From positions 62,001-126,000 of the forward strand of contig NIVC01000598.1 in assembly GCA_002269645.1 (NCBI GenBank): a stretch of DNA of 64,000 nt, written 5' to 3'. A program made the position numbers and the translations under genes. The notes beneath the pieces are model-generated. The model was given only the letters and a program-made list of their open reading frames with translations, made no database searches and was not told where the DNA came from. This stretch comes from Macrostomum lignano. Its lineage: Eukaryota. Positions 22,158 to 35,899 of the stretch are shown piece by piece; positions within the stretch are counted from its first letter, which is position 1, and the number at the start of each line of letters is the position of its first letter.

Positions 22158-24534
22158 ATGCGCGAATGCAAGGTCTTCGACGTCGTCGATGAGTTGAACA
22201 ACGGACTCGAAGACCTGCCGGTGGTCTGCTTAAAGTCCCTGCCGCAGTCGCACCCGTTCTCAGAGCGCCGGGTGCCGTTGGGCCAGGAGGCGGTGAAGAT
22301 CGGCCGGTCCGTGGCCAAGTCCAAGCCCGCCATCGACAATGCCATATTCGACTGCAAGGTGCTCAGCCGGAACCACGCCTTGCTGTGGTACGAGTCCGGC
22401 CAGTTCTGGCTGAAGGACACAAAAAGCAGCAATGGAACTTACGTTAACAATCAGCGGCTTGGCAAAGGCAACGAGGAGAGCCCGCCTCGCCGACTGCTTA
22501 GCGGCGACATCGTCCAGTTCGGCGTTGAAGTGGTGGAAAATTCCAAGAAGGTCACCCACGGCTGCGTCATAGCCTCCGTGTTTCTGTACCACGCAGACTG
22601 CAGCGAGGACAAGCAGCCAGACTCCGCTTCGTTGAGCTCCGCTGCCTCCGCGTCGGTGCCGCCCGGTTCCGAAGCAGACGCCGAGGCGGTGGCAGCCGCG
22701 GCAGCAGCAGCGGCGGCCGCCAACACGGTGAGCCAGGAGCAGGTGCACCAGCTCAGCCAGTACCTGCAAGAGGCGCTGCACAGGGAGCGTCTGCTCACCG
22801 TTAAGCTGGACAAATTCCGCGAACTTCTTGACTCCATAGCTGGCGTTAGCGCGGGCGCCTGGACAACCGTGCTGGATCAGGAGCAGCTGGCGCAGCGGCT
22901 TGAGCTACTTGAAGCCCAGGTAGCCGCTGCCGGTGTCAACTCTGACAGCGATGCTGACGACCGCGACGGAGCCGCTGCTGGCGACTCGCTGTCGGCTGCG
23001 GTTCGTGCCGGTGCCGCTGCCGAGGAGACGCTGAAGCGGCGCCTACAAACGGCGCTAGTCGAGTGCGGCGCCGCCGTCCATAGAGCCGGCGAGCTTGAGC
23101 GGGCCTGGCGCGACAGCCAAGACGAGTGCCAGCACCTGCGGGCGGAGCGCGACCGCACCGAGGACCGGCTGCGCGAGCTCGGCGAGCGGCTGGCGCAGGA
23201 GTTAGATGAGCTGAGCTCCCAGCTGGCCAAAGAGATGGAGCGCAATTCCTCTCTTAAGTCACGAATTAAAGAACTGGGCGAGGCTCTGAACGACGGTCAG
23301 CGGTACCGGGCGGAGCGGGAGCCGCAGTCGGGGCCGAGTGGAGCCGTCGAACGAGCGGATGCCGAAGCGCAAACTGTGGCAGACTCGGGTGCCCCAGCGC
23401 CGCAAACAGGGCCGCAGGCGGACTTGTTGAAGGCGCAACTGCAGGTCGGTTCTAAACTCAGATTATTGTTAATAATTCATGTGACAGTTAATAGACAGGC
23501 GATCTGCCGAAAGTCACACCCATGAGGGCCAACGCCAATGCACAAAATGTGCATGACTGTCAGGGCCGCTGTACACCCACCGTCTGTGAGCGTGTATGTG
23601 AGTGCGTGTCTTTGTACAGTGTTGGCGCGCTTGTACTCGTATGTGCTTAGGAGTAAGCTGGTTGGTCCTCATTTTGAGCGTAAATCGCACAAGCCCTCGC
23701 CTCTGAATGAAACTGTGAATGTTAATTCCATGTTTTGACCCATGGCATAGATATTGAACAGTTTTAGTGCAGTGTACAAGTTCTCAGTACCTATTTACTC
23801 AATATCACCTTTCTTAATGATGCAGTGATTATCAGTATGTGAGCAGCTAGTGTAACACCGCAAATACATTTAACCCTCAGGCGTGCAAGACTCAGCTGCG
23901 CGACCAACAGGCGTCTCTGGACGCCTCCTCGGCCAAAGTCGACGACCTCCACACCCGGCTGGAGTCGGCTCTGTCCTGCCTCAACCAGCTGGAGACTCGA
24001 ATGCTCGAGCTGGAGGCCCAGAAGCAGCTCCGCCAGCAGCGGCCGCGCCAGCAGCTGCCTCGGCCGCCATCGCCCGGCTCGAATGGCCAGCAGAACGCTG
24101 CCTGGCTGCTCGACCTCCTTCGCTGCCTTCGAGCCGATCCGATCGCCGTAGAGAAAGTAGAGCGCCAGCTGCTGCAGCCGCTGCTAAAGTCGTCGCCGAC
24201 GCTACAGGCCGCTTTGCAGGAAGTCGACGCCGAAACTGCGCACCTTCGAGCCAACCTGGACTCCGAGGCCGACAGGCGGCGCCAGCTTCTGGCCGACTGC
24301 GACAGCTTAGCGGCGCGGATTACCGACGCCGAGCTGACTGCCCTCGCCGGCCGTGACGAGCGCGCTAGCCTAGAGCAGCGGCGTCGCGACCTCCAGGCCG
24401 CCTGCGACCGCCAGCTGGCCGACTGCCGCGCCGAGGCCCGGGCCGCCGCCAACCGCAGCCGCCTGCTGCTCGCCGCCGGGGTCCTGCCGTTGCTGCTAGC
24501 CCTGCTGGCCGGCGTTTTCTGGATCGCCTCGTAG
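22158..24534 (+). CDS. SLMAP: SLMAP orthologue (FHA domain, coiled coils, C-terminal tail anchor); exons 22158-23444 and 23881-24534
   Basis: FHA segment SHPFSERRV..KIGRSVA...NAIFDCKVLSRNHALLW...DTKSSNGTYVNNQRL...GDIVQFGVEVVEN; phase-0 GT-AG intron 23445-23880; terminal TM LLLAAGVLPLLLALLAGVFWIAS*. Confidence 0.92.
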
Positions 24535-25699
24535 CTTCCGCGGCCCGTCAGTCAGTCAGAAATGTGTAGCACCTGCTAGCCCGCTGTGTCTCGCATTTCC
24601 CGTATGGACCCCGCAATGCCCCCCTCCCCGTTTCTTTTCTCTTGAGTATTGAGCACTGTACACACATGTACCGCAGATTCTGCGTCAATGCATTAGCGCA
24701 TGAATAGAATAGCCACAGAGCCTGTGCATGACCTGACCTCGCCTGTTCATAAGCAGTCCCGGCCACTCCTTCTCAGTGAAATGAGCGCCGATTTTTAGCA
24801 CCGACTGCAATCCTCCGAGATCTGTTTTTTAAAGTCAGCACAGCGCCTGTCCGCACCAAAATTTCGTTGTTAATATCGTATTTCCATATAGAATTGCTCC
24901 TTGTTGTACCTGTGTTTTCTTGTAAAACTTGATTGCTGAAATTGGCTATCTGAACTGCTGTTTGGCCAGCGGTTTCTCCGAGCTTGAATTGACTGCTTTT
25001 TGAAGCAAGTTTTTGTTTGCTTTTTTTCATTTGATCATCGTTTTACGGCAATTCTTCTCGTTTGGCAGCTGGCAGGGGATGATAAATATGATTATAGTGT
25101 ACTTTTGGCGGCCTCTCTAATGACCTGTCCTGCGTGTATTCAGTCTGTCTCGATCATCATTATTCACTGTTTCAGGACTTGCTCGACTCGGCTTACCTGT
25201 ATTGCGGTCTGTACTATGAAAGACTATGTGACTTTTTATCCAATTTGTATGTTATAAAATTGATTTTTAGTGCCCAGAAGTTCACCTATTGAGGTGTTTC
25301 ATTCGACCTGCTGTACTGCATTACCTCGCTGCGTGATACCCAGTGTCCTTGATTTCTTAAGCCCTGTAAATCTCCATCAGTCTGTCTCTTGCGCAGTAGG
25401 CAATTAGCATTAAATGTGAAATAGCAGAGTACGTTTCACACCCAAATACCCCCCAGTGCAACCCCACAGAAACCCCACATTTATTGTCCACATTGCTCTT
25501 CTACGACTAATAAAGTTGATGCGTTATCGTGTATGAAAAAGGCACTTTGGAGCGCTCTTAAAAACTTATCCAGTTACAAAAGACCAATATCAGTCCTGAG
25601 CATGCTGTCACACCTGTGCCCTGGGCTTAGGTCTGTCCGCACAGGCCAGTCGAGTTCTCTACCAGTATTTGAGTGGTCGCTGAAAAGAATTTGACTGAA

Positions 25700-25874
<175 letters not shown>

Positions 25875-26320
25875 AGCTGCAGTCGTGAGAGGCGCGCGCG
25901 CATCTTTGATTAAGTAGAGGTTTTTTTCCTCTCTCTTTTTTGTTTTACCGTTTTACTCTCCTTTGTTTCGTTCAGCGCTGCCGGTCTTTCTTCTGTCGCG
26001 ACCCCGACCCCTTCTTCCCTTGCCTACCCTGCGGCTTGTGTACCCTGCCGTTTTTGGACAAGTTTTTTTTTCATATTTTTCTACGTGACATAATTGCTTT
26101 AAATTTAGTTCTCACCTTCGATGTTGTATTGTATTGATTGCGATTTTTTTATTTAAAGCACAAGTAAAGATGACCGAAAGAATGCGCTCTGTTGCTTGGC
26201 AGTTATCGTTATTATTACTGAGCTGTGCGAATTCGGGGTTTGTCAATTTTTAACAGGTGCAGAACTTTGCCATACGGATCCGGCACCTGGGGAATCAGGA
26301 TAAAGGCCAGCATAATTAGG

Positions 26321-26936
26321 AATCAGGATTGGGATCAGGATATTTGGGAATCAGGATTGGGATCAGGATATTTGGGGACCGGGATTGGGATCAGGAGACT
26401 TGGGGATCGGGATTAAGATCAGGATATTTGGGAATCGGGATTGGGATCAGGATATTTGGGAATCGGGATTGGGATATTTGGGGACCGGGATTGGGATCAG
26501 GATATTTGGGAATCGGGATTGGGATCAGGATATTTGGGGACCGGGATTGGGATCAGGATATTTGGGAATCGGGATTGGGATCAGGATATTTGGGGACCGG
26601 GATTGGGATCAGGATATTTGGGAATCGGGATTGGGATCAGGATACTTGGGGATCGGGATTGATATCAGGATACTTGGGGATCGAGATTGATATCAGGATA
26701 CTTGGGAATCGGGATTAATATCAGGATACTTGGGAATCACTGTTGGGATCAGGATATTTGGGAATCGGGATTGGGATCAGAGTATTTACGAATCGGGATT
26801 GGGATCAGGATACTTGGGGATCGGGATTGATATCAGGATACTTGGGGATCGGGATTGATATCAGGATACTTGGGGATCGGGATTGATATCAGGATACTTG
26901 GGAATCACTGTTGGCATCAGGATATTTGGGAATCGG
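26321..26936. repeat. ~28-bp minisatellite (gggattgggatcaggatatttggggacc)
   Basis: Tandem units read directly. Confidence 0.93.
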
Positions 26937-27152
26937 ATAATTCAGAAACAGGCTTGGGATAAAAAGCTTCCTTAAGGCTAAAATCATGGAGCTCGGTACT
27001 ACCGGGATGAGGATCTCATGTTTAGTAGTTTTGTGACCTGGGTCTCAAGGACTCCCTAGAGTACATTCCCGCAACTCAAAGCGGTCTGTGCAAAGCTATA
27101 AAAGTGATACAAAAGCATGAAAACAAACATCTCCCCCCATGCTCCAGCAGCC

Positions 27153-28406
27153 ATGGCAGGCAGGCTTCCAGCGGTTGTCATTGACAACGGCACCGGCTAC
27201 TCCAAGATGGGCTACGCTGGCAACAGCGAGCCTCAGTTCATTATGCCCAGCTGCATCGGCATCAAGGAGGCTGCCAAAGTTGGCACCAAGGAGTCCAGGC
27301 GCCTCGGCACCGGCCTGGATGATTTGAATTTCTACATCGGCGACGAGGCGCTGACGGTGGCCAGCAGCTACGCCACCAAGTGGCCGATCCGGCACGGCCA
27401 GGTGGACGACTGGGACCTGATGGAGCGCTTCTACGAGCAGGCCATCTTCAAGTACCTGCGCGCCGAGCCAGAAGATCACTACTTCCTGCTGACTGAGCCG
27501 CCATTGAACACCCCGGAGAACCGGGAGTACACCGCCGAGATCATGTTCGAGACGTTCAACGTCCCTGGACTGTACATCGCTGTGCAGGCGGTGCTGGCCC
27601 TGGCCGCCAGCTGGACCACCAGGCCGGAGGGCGAGCGAACCCTCACTGGGGTTGTCATCGACTCCGGCGACGGCGTCACCCACGTCATCCCGGTGGCCGA
27701 CGGCTACGTCATTGGCAGCTGCATCCAGCATATTCCCATTGCTGGCCGCGACATAACCTTCTTCATTCAGCAGCTGCTGCGCGAGCGCGAGGTGGGCATC
27801 CCGCCAGACATGAGCATGGACACCGCCAAGGCCATCAAGGAGCGCTACTGCTACGTGTGCCCGGACATCGCCAAGGAGTTCAACAAGTACGACGCGGAGA
27901 GCTCCAAGTGGATTAAGACGTACACGAGCATTAATCCCATCAACAATGTCCCGTTCACTGTGGATGTCGGCTACGAGCGATTCCTGGCCCCCGAGATCTT
28001 CTTCCACCCGGAGTTCGCCAACCCGGACTTCCAGACTCCGCTGTCCGAAGCCGTGGACAACGTGATCCAGGCCTGCCCCATCGACAACCGGCGCGGCCTG
28101 TACAAGAACATCGTGCTGAGCGGCGGCTCCAGCATGTTCAAAGACCTCGGCAAACGGCTGCAGCGCGACATCAAGCGAGCATCGGACAGCCGCCTGAAGG
28201 CTGTGGAGGCGTTCAGCGGCCAGAAGCCGACGCCAATCGAAGTGAACGTTTTCTCCCACGCCAAGCAGCGCTACGCTGTCTGGTTCGGCGGCTCCCTGGT
28301 GGCCTCCACCAACGAGTTCTACTCGGTGTCGCACACCAAGGAGCAGTACCTGGAGTACGGAGCCAGCATCTGCCGGCACAACCCGGTGTTCGGCGCCATG
28401 ACCTGA
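27153..28406 (+). CDS. ACTR3: Actin-related protein 3 (Arp2/3 complex), intronless
   Basis: [30 protein letters not shown]...[11 protein letters not shown]...[45 protein letters not shown]...[12 protein letters not shown]; cagcag directly before ccATG. Confidence 0.98.
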   Translation: MAGRLPAVVIDNGTGYSKMGYAGNSEPQFIMPSCIGIKEAAKVGTKESRRLGTGLDDLNFYIGDEALTVASSYATKWPIRHGQVDDWDLMERFYEQAIFKYLRAEPEDHYFLLTEPPLNTPENREYTAEIMFETFNVPGLYIAVQAVLALAASWTTRPEGERTLTGVVIDSGDGVTHVIPVADGYVIGSCIQHIPIAGRDITFFIQQLLREREVGIPPDMSMDTAKAIKERYCYVCPDIAKEFNKYDAESSKWIKTYTSINPINNVPFTVDVGYERFLAPEIFFHPEFANPDFQTPLSEAVDNVIQACPIDNRRGLYKNIVLSGGSSMFKDLGKRLQRDIKRASDSRLKAVEAFSGQKPTPIEVNVFSHAKQRYAVWFGGSLVASTNEFYSVSHTKEQYLEYGASICRHNPVFGAMT

Positions 28407-29100
28407 ACTGGCTGGCCGAACTTGGCTCATCGAATCACTGTGTCTCTCTGTGTACTCCTGCTTTCCATTTTTAATGACAATAACCTTTGAATCCTACCTG
28501 TACTCGGCCTACGATTTCTTAATTGGAATGACTGATCACTAGGCACTGTTGAAATTGTTTAAATGCCTTTTTAAAGGCCGATTTTTATGTAAAATTATGT
28601 TTTTTTTAATATAGAGGCGGTTCCGCGTCTTTCTAATTCAGAACTGTTTGCTTGGACTTGGCAAGCAGCTTTCAATAGAGTTTTGTCAGCAAATTCGGAT
28701 CTACTACTAGTAGTAATAATGAAATGGTTATACAGTATATATGTTTGCACCGCCGATTACAATAGTTCAGTGCAGATCCGCCCCCCCAAATATTCAGCCG
28801 CTATATTCAAGTTTACATTCTCCTGCCACACATTCGGAGCTGGTTCAAGTTCCTGGCGGCGGGGTTGTGTGTTTTTAATTAGTTATATTATATTCATGGT
28901 TCAACTCATTATATCGGTACTCGAGTTTGCATGCATATCATGATGCGTATATACATTTCTGTTTTCAAGCCATGCATCTGCCATCTCAACGTGCGGTAGT
29001 TTCCCTAACTACGAACCTTTGCCCCAAAAGGATGGATTGCCCTCCCTTACCTACATTCCACCTCTAGAAAATCCCATTTAGAAGCCTAACTAAATAGGAG

Positions 29101-31390
29101 TTCACATTCTAGACTCCCTTTCTAGGAATGTACCTTAAGCTTCTCATTCTAGACTCCCTTTTTAGGAATGTACCTTATGCTTCTCATTCTAGACTCCCTT
29201 TCTAGGAATGTACCTTATGCTTCTCATTCTAGACTCCCTTTCTAGGAATGTACCTTAAGCTTCTCATTCTAGACTCCCTTTTTAGGAATGTACCTTATGC
29301 TTCTCATTCTAGACTCCCTTTCTAGGAATGTACCTTAAGCTTCTCATTCTAGACTCCCTTTCTAGGAATGTACCTTAAGCTTCTCATTCTAGACTCCCTT
29401 TCTAGGAATGTACCTTAAGCTTCTCATTCTAGACTCCCTTTTTAGGAATGTATCTTTTAGATTCCCATTCTAGACTGCCTTTCTAGGAATGTACCTTAAG
29501 CTTCTCATTCTAGACTCCCTTTCTAGGAATGTACCTTAAGCTTCTCATTCTAGACTCCCTTTTTAGGAATGTACCTTATGCTTCTCATTCTAGACTCCCT
29601 TTCTAGGAATGTACCTTAAGCTTCTCATTCTAGACTCCCTTTTTAGGAATGTACCTTATGCTTCTCATTCTAGACTCCCTTTCTAGGAATGTACCTTAAG
29701 CTTCTCATTCCAGACTCCCTTTCTAGGAATGTACCTTAAGCTTCTCATTCTAGACTCCCTTTCTAGGAATGTACCTTAAGCTTCTCATTCTAGACTCCCT
29801 TTTTAGGAATGTATCTTTTAGATTCCCATTCTAGACTGCCTTTCTAGGAATTTACCTTAAGCTTCTCATTCTAGACTCCCTTTCTAGGAATTTACCTTAA
29901 GCTTCTCATTCTAGACTCCCTTTCTAGGAATGTACCTTAAGCTTCTCATTCTAGACTCCCTTTTTAGGAATGTATCTTTTAGATTCCCATTCTAGACTGC
30001 CTTTCTAGGAATTTACCTTAAGCTTCTCATTCTAGACTCCCTTTCTAGGAATTTACCTTAAGCTTCTCATTCTAGACTCCCTTTCTAGGAATTTACCTTA
30101 AGCTTCTCATTCTAGACTCCCTTTCTAGGAATGTACCTTAAGCTTCTCATTCTAGACTCCCTTTCTAGGAATGTACCTTAAGCTTCTCATTCTAGACTCC
30201 CTTTCTAGGAATTTACCTTAAGCTTCTCATTCTAGACTCCCTTTCTAGGAATGTACCTTAAGCTTCTCATTCTAGACTCCCTTTCTAGGAATTTACCTTA
30301 AGCTTCTCATTCTAGACTCCCTTTCTAGGAATTTACCTTAAGCTTCTCATTCTAGACTCCCTTTCTAGGAATGTACCTTAAGCTTCTCATTCTAGACTCC
30401 CTTTCTAGGAATGTACCTTAAGCTTCTCATTCTAGACTCCCTTTCTAGGAATTTACCTTAAGCTTCTCATTCTAGACTCCCTTTCTAGGAATTTACCTTA
30501 AGCTTCTCATTCTAGACTCCCTTTCTAGGAATGTACCTTAAGCTTCTCATTCTAGACTCCCTTTCTAGGAATTTACCTTAAGCTTCTCATTCTAGACTCC
30601 CTTTCTAGGAATGTACCTTAAGCTTCTCATTCTAGACTCCCTTTCTAGGAATGTACCTTAAGCTTCTCATTCTAGACTCCCTTTCTAGGAATTTACCTTA
30701 AGCTTCTCATTCTAGACTCCCTTTCTAGGAATTTACCTTAAGCTTCTCATTCTAGACTCCCTTTCTAGGAATGTACCTTAAGCTTCTCATTCTAGACTCC
30801 CTTTCTAGGAATGTACCTTAAGCTTCTCATTCTAGACTCCCTTTCTAGGAATGTACCTTAAGCTTCTCATTCTAGACTCCCTTTCTAGGAATTTACCTTA
30901 AGCTTCTCATTCTAGACTCCCTTTCTAGGAATTTACCTTAAGCTTCTCATTCTAGACTCCCTTTCTAGGAATGTACCTTAAGCTTCTCATTCTAGACTCC
31001 CTTTCTAGGAATTTACCTTAAGCTTCTCATTCTAGACTCCCTTTCTAGGAATGTACCTTAAGCTTCTCATTCTAGACTCCCTTTCTAGGAATGTACCTTA
31101 AGCTTCTCATTCTAGACTCCCTTTCTAGGAATGTACCTTAAGCTTCTCATTCTAGACTCCCTTTTTAGGAATGTGTACCTTTAGACTCCCATTCCAGACT
31201 CCCTTTCTAGGAATGTACCTTTAGATTCCCTTTCTAAACTCCCTTTCTAGGAATGTACCCTTAGATTCCCATTCTAGACTCCCTTTCTAGAAATGTACCC
31301 TTAGATTCCCATTCTAAACTCCATTTCTAGGAATGTACCTTTAGACTCCCATTCCAGACTCCCTTTCTAGGAATGTACCTTTAGATTCCC
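29101..31390. repeat. 40-bp satellite array (ttctcattctagactccctttctaggaatgtaccttaagc), ~57 highly homogeneous units
   Basis: Tandem units read directly; variants tatgc/taagc and atgta/attta. Confidence 0.97.
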
Positions 31391-31780
31391 TATTTAGAGA
31401 AAATGATTCTGAATTCTGTTCCTTCTTAAGAATTTCCTTTTAGGAATACCGTTTAGGTATATTTTCTAAGATAAGTGTCTGAAGATAAGTAATAAAATGA
31501 AGACAACATTCAAATCCTGTTTTTTAGACTTGTTCAATTAGACAAACTTCTTATGCAGATAGTGATGGAATGATCCACGGTCGCGTCCCACGGTCGCGTC
31601 CCACGGTCGCGTCCCTGTTTAAGCTTCGGCTTATAAGATATAAATATAGCTTTTCTTGTTATTGTATTGTGCTTTTTTACCTGCCGCCGCTGTCAATACT
31701 TGATTCAGTTTATGATTCTGACTGAGTTAATTGCTTCCCAAGAGCGACCGCGTTTTGATCGAATGATTATCCTTGCCGCC

Positions 31781-31852
31781 TATATAAAAATCTATATCGT
31801 GTCTATTCAGTTCTCCCAATGAAGTGCTATCCCCGCATCGGTGATGACGTCA
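31781..31852 (+). promoter_or_regulatory. Possible promoter upstream of POLR1E: TATATAAA 31781-31788 and CRE TGACGTCA 31845-31852
   Basis: Motifs read directly; function inferred only. Confidence 0.3.
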
Positions 31853-31980
31853 CTTACTGATAATACACGCCCGACAGCCAATAATAGCCATCGCGTTGCA
31901 AACTAACGTCTGTTCTGATTGTTAAATTTCTGTTAACTGTTGGCTGGCTGACTTGTTTTTTTCAACCAGGATATCCAGGA

Positions 31981-32046
31981 TGTCTGTTTCTGTCTGTCTG
32001 TCTGTCTGCCTGTCCGTCTGTCTGTCTGTCTGTCTGTCTGCCTGCC

Positions 32047-32081
<35 letters not shown>

Positions 32082-32082
32082 G

Positions 32083-32115
<33 letters not shown>

Positions 32116-32201
32116 GTCTGTCTGTTTCTGTCTGCCTGTCTGTCTGTCTGTCTGTCTGTCGGTCTGTCTATCCGTCCGTCCGTCTGTCTGTCTGTCTGTC
32201 C

Positions 32202-32249
<48 letters not shown>

Positions 32250-32265
32250 GGCTGTCTGTCTGTCT
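31981..32265. repeat. (TCTG)n microsatellite
   Basis: Read directly. Confidence 0.97.
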
Positions 32266-32488
32266 ATTAGGTTGTTATTACTTCTTACAAGTGACATTCA
32301 AGTGCAGAATTCTCTGCTCCCCATAGTACCCCATAGCTACGTAGACATCTAGTCTAACTGAAGTTCTTATCACGAATTCACATCATATGCGAGCACCCGA
32401 TAAGCTACTCAATTTGTTTGCCCTTCTGCAGCCCGCTCCGATGCCGGCTCCAATCCATACCCGATAGCTATCGCCGATTCGAGCAGCA

Positions 32489-35008
32489 ATGGTCAAGGCG
32501 GACAAGGCCAAGACTAAATACGCTGTTGGTAAGCCTTTGCTGGTCTGTGCAATCTTAGCAACTCAGAAATTAATTTGGTACCCAAGCACAGCTAAATTCC
32601 CACCCTCTCCCCCATCGCAGCGTACTTCTCGTCGCAGATCAACGCGGATGAAAACAAAGACCTGCAGATCTGTGTTCACCGCGACGCGGACAACACGGAG
32701 AAGAGCTACGTGAGAATGCTTTTAAATTGTCTTTTTTCCGCATCTTCCACTTTTGGAGTCTTCAGAATCACAACAGCCTCCATTATTTATAGATTCTCAA
32801 AACTGATACCAGTCGCAATGTCTCAGACCTTCGTTACCCAAACTGCCCTCTGACAGTGCAAATTCATCAGTATTCGCTAACCGGCCCCCTCTTCATCAAT
32901 TCTTCAGTCGTGCCGCACCTCTGGCGGCCTGCAGTGGACAGGACGTGACGACTCCCGTCTGACCTTCGCCACCCGCCTGGTGCTGCTGGCCCGCGACCGC
33001 GGCACCGGCCACGTCTCCATCCTGTCGCCCTCGGTTGACGCCGTCCGCTTCCTGCCGCAGTGCGTCGTTGACGCTCCCGAGGCCGCCGGCGACGATGCCG
33101 CAGCCAGCGGCCGGAAGCGCACGGCGCAGCAGGCCGCCACCGCTATGTACGAGGAGTTCGGCAGCACGGCAAAGAAGCGGCGCATCGCCGAGTCCAAGCG
33201 GCTTAATGCCACCGTGACCTCGCGCGACCTCAAAGCCGCCGTGTCGGCTGCCAACCGCCGGCTGGACGCCGCTGCCACTGCTTCGCCGGGCGGTGCCGCT
33301 GGAGCAACAACAGCGGCCGGCGATGTCGGCGGAGATCCGACAGCCTCGCTGCTGCCGTCCCGCAATCCCTCGGCCACTCAGCCGGCCGGAATCTATGGCC
33401 CGGACGCCGTCTGTCCGGCCAAGCTGCGGGCCGCCCTGCTGCCCGAGGCGGAGCGCCTGGCCGCGTCCGGCCCCGCCGACTGGGCCGCCTGGCGCTCGGA
33501 GGCCGCCTACCCGGACTCGCTGGTGCTGCAGCGGCTGCCCCAGGCGCCAACGGAGCCGTCGGCCAGGCTGAGCCACTGCGTCCGGCTGGCCATGCTGGCC
33601 TGCATGCGCAAGTTCTACGGCTTCTCCTACAAGATGGTGAATCGGAAGGGGCCGCTGCCGGACCTGCCAGAGGAGGTTGGCAGCTACCTACTGGCGAACT
33701 ACACTCTGCTGGTGAGTCCAAAGTACACAGCTACTGTTGCTCATTTTTCCAATAAAACACAAATTCATATTGCCTACTGTCAGTAGGCTGTAGGTCTTTA
33801 ATAATAATGTAAAACGGTCTAAAGATTAATAACAGTATAAACTACGAAATTCACTGTAAGGTGGCCGGTGTCGTGTTGCGGAGATATGCATGCAGTGCAG
33901 AGGCAATGCGAGCTAGCTTCATCAATATTTGCAATTTATTTTCACAGCAGGGTGAACTGCAGCTTAGAGCTGCTGCCCAATCACAGCAGGGTGAGTTGCA
34001 GCTCAGAGCTGGTACCCAATCACAGCAGGGTGAACTGCAGCCCAGAGCTGCTGCCCAATCACAGCAGGGTGAACTGCAGCCCAGAGCTGCTGCCCAATCA
34101 CAGCAGGGTGAGCTGCAGCTCAGAGCTGGCACCCAATCACAGCAGGGTGAACTGCAGCTCAGAGCTGGCACCCAATCACAGCAGGGTGAGCTGCAGCTCA
34201 GAGCTGCTGCCCAATCACAGCAGGGTGAACTGCAGCCCAGAGCTGCTGCCCAATCACAGCAGGGTGAACTGCAGCCCAGAGCTGCTGCCCAATCACAGCA
34301 GGGTGAGCTGCAGCTCAGAGCTGGCACCCAATCACAGCAGGGTGGACTGCAGCTCAGAGCTGGCACCCAATCACAGCAGGGTGAACTGCAGCTCAGAGCT
34401 GGCACCCAATCACAGCAGGGTTAACTGCAGCTCAGAGCTGCTGCCCAATCACAGCAGGGTGAACTGCAGCCCAGAACTGCAGCCCAGAACTACAGCCCAG
34501 AACTGCAGCCTAATCACAGCAGGGTGAACTGCAGCTCAGAGCTGCTGCCCAATCACAGCAGGGTGAACTGCAGCTCAGTCTGATTGACAGCCTAGAGTTA
34601 TCAGCTGCGTACTAACCGCGGCCAACTGTGCCAAGTCTGCTCCAAGAAGATAATCCCTTCGTATTATCATTGATTTCCCCGGTCAATATCGCTTGTCGAA
34701 CTATTTTTCGAAGTCCTTGTTTGTAACCGAGTAGCCGGTCTCCATTCCAGATGACCACCGGCTCGGGACATCAGCAGCGGGCGCTGCCGAAGATCATGAA
34801 GGACAAGCAGCTGATGCACATGATCATCCTCTGCCTTCAGCTGGACGGCTTCGTCACCGAGACCCCCGGCCTGATGTCCGAGTTTCGACTGGCCTCCGAC
34901 AAGCTGCACCGCCTGCTGAAGTCCATCGGCTGCGAGCTGGCCACGGAAAAATTGAGCAGCGGCCAGCAGGGCAAAGTGGCCCGGCTGAAGGCTCCGATCT
35001 CTAAATAG
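32489..35008 (+). CDS. POLR1E: RNA polymerase I subunit RPA49/PAF53; exons 32489-32528, 32621-32709, 32908-33711, 34751-35008
   Basis: Four GT-AG exons join in frame. YEEFGSTAKKRRIAESKRLN, LLPSRNPSATQPAGIY and KDKQLMHMIILCLQLDGF...LKSIGC resemble A49-family motifs (recalled, not searched). Confidence 0.75.
33942..34577. repeat. 39-bp intronic minisatellite (cacagcagggtgaactgcagctcagagctgctgcccaat), ~16 units
   Basis: Tandem units inside POLR1E intron 3. Confidence 0.95.
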
Positions 35009-35899
35009 CCTCTCTTGTTGCTATCATCGCTGTGTACTTTCTGAGTTCTCATTACAGTGCCAAAGCTTCTCAACTTGGCGTCTTTTGATGGCTTTTATGG
35101 CGGCGTGTGAGCCAACCACAGGCTGTTAGCGAGTTCTCTGCTAGTTGCCGCCGAAGTCTTGCTTGGAAACCTGATCTGGCAGTATGCAAAAACATCTATT
35201 ATGTAGCTGGCGTATTCCACGGAGAAATCTTTACTGTGGAACAGTGCGTCGTCCTTCTTGGCTATGGCTTCTCGCATTTTTACAGTGTCGCATTAACAAA
35301 TATAAAATTACTTTGTTGTTGGCGTCTTAACCGATTTGCTTGGACTGAATCGAACGTTTGATCAATTAGAATTTCGTTTTTGCTTATTATTGAAGCCTCA
35401 AGTGTGGCTTAAAATTATGTAGTAAGGATTTATGTGGGGGCGTTTAACTACGAGAGACGGACGGCTGCAAGCAAGGGGAAACCTTTGAATAGAGCGAGGG
35501 AAATGCCCTGCCTTGTATTGATCGGGTTTGAAGAATAAATAATATACACACAATGGCTGCCACCCCCTGCTGGGCCTGGCCGCTCCGGCATTTATAAACA
35601 CCCGCAGTCCCGGTGGCCTGTGGCAAGACGCTCTCCTATTGACAACAGAAGCCAATATCTTCTATGGGGTTACGTAACAGCGCAGCGGAATGCCAGGAAG
35701 ACCCTCCGTTCCTCCCTAGGGGGAAGCCACCCATTCATTTGAAATTTCTTGTGATCGTTAATATCCACTGCAGTTATTGCTGAGCAGCTGTGTGCGCACA
35801 TGTAAATACATTAGTTAGCCGACTCCAAGCATCCACAGGCAGTCCCGTGCTACTCTCGTCTTATGCGTTGAGTCCTTACTTAGGAGCAGTCAGGATGGC

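Noticed and set aside
29101-31390. CRISPR-like appearance of the hairpin repeats
   Set aside because: No unique spacers, no cas genes, eukaryotic context
33851-34527. Gln-rich and Cys-rich ORFs in POLR1E intron 3
   Set aside because: Translations of a 39-bp intronic minisatellite; the flanking exons splice in frame without it
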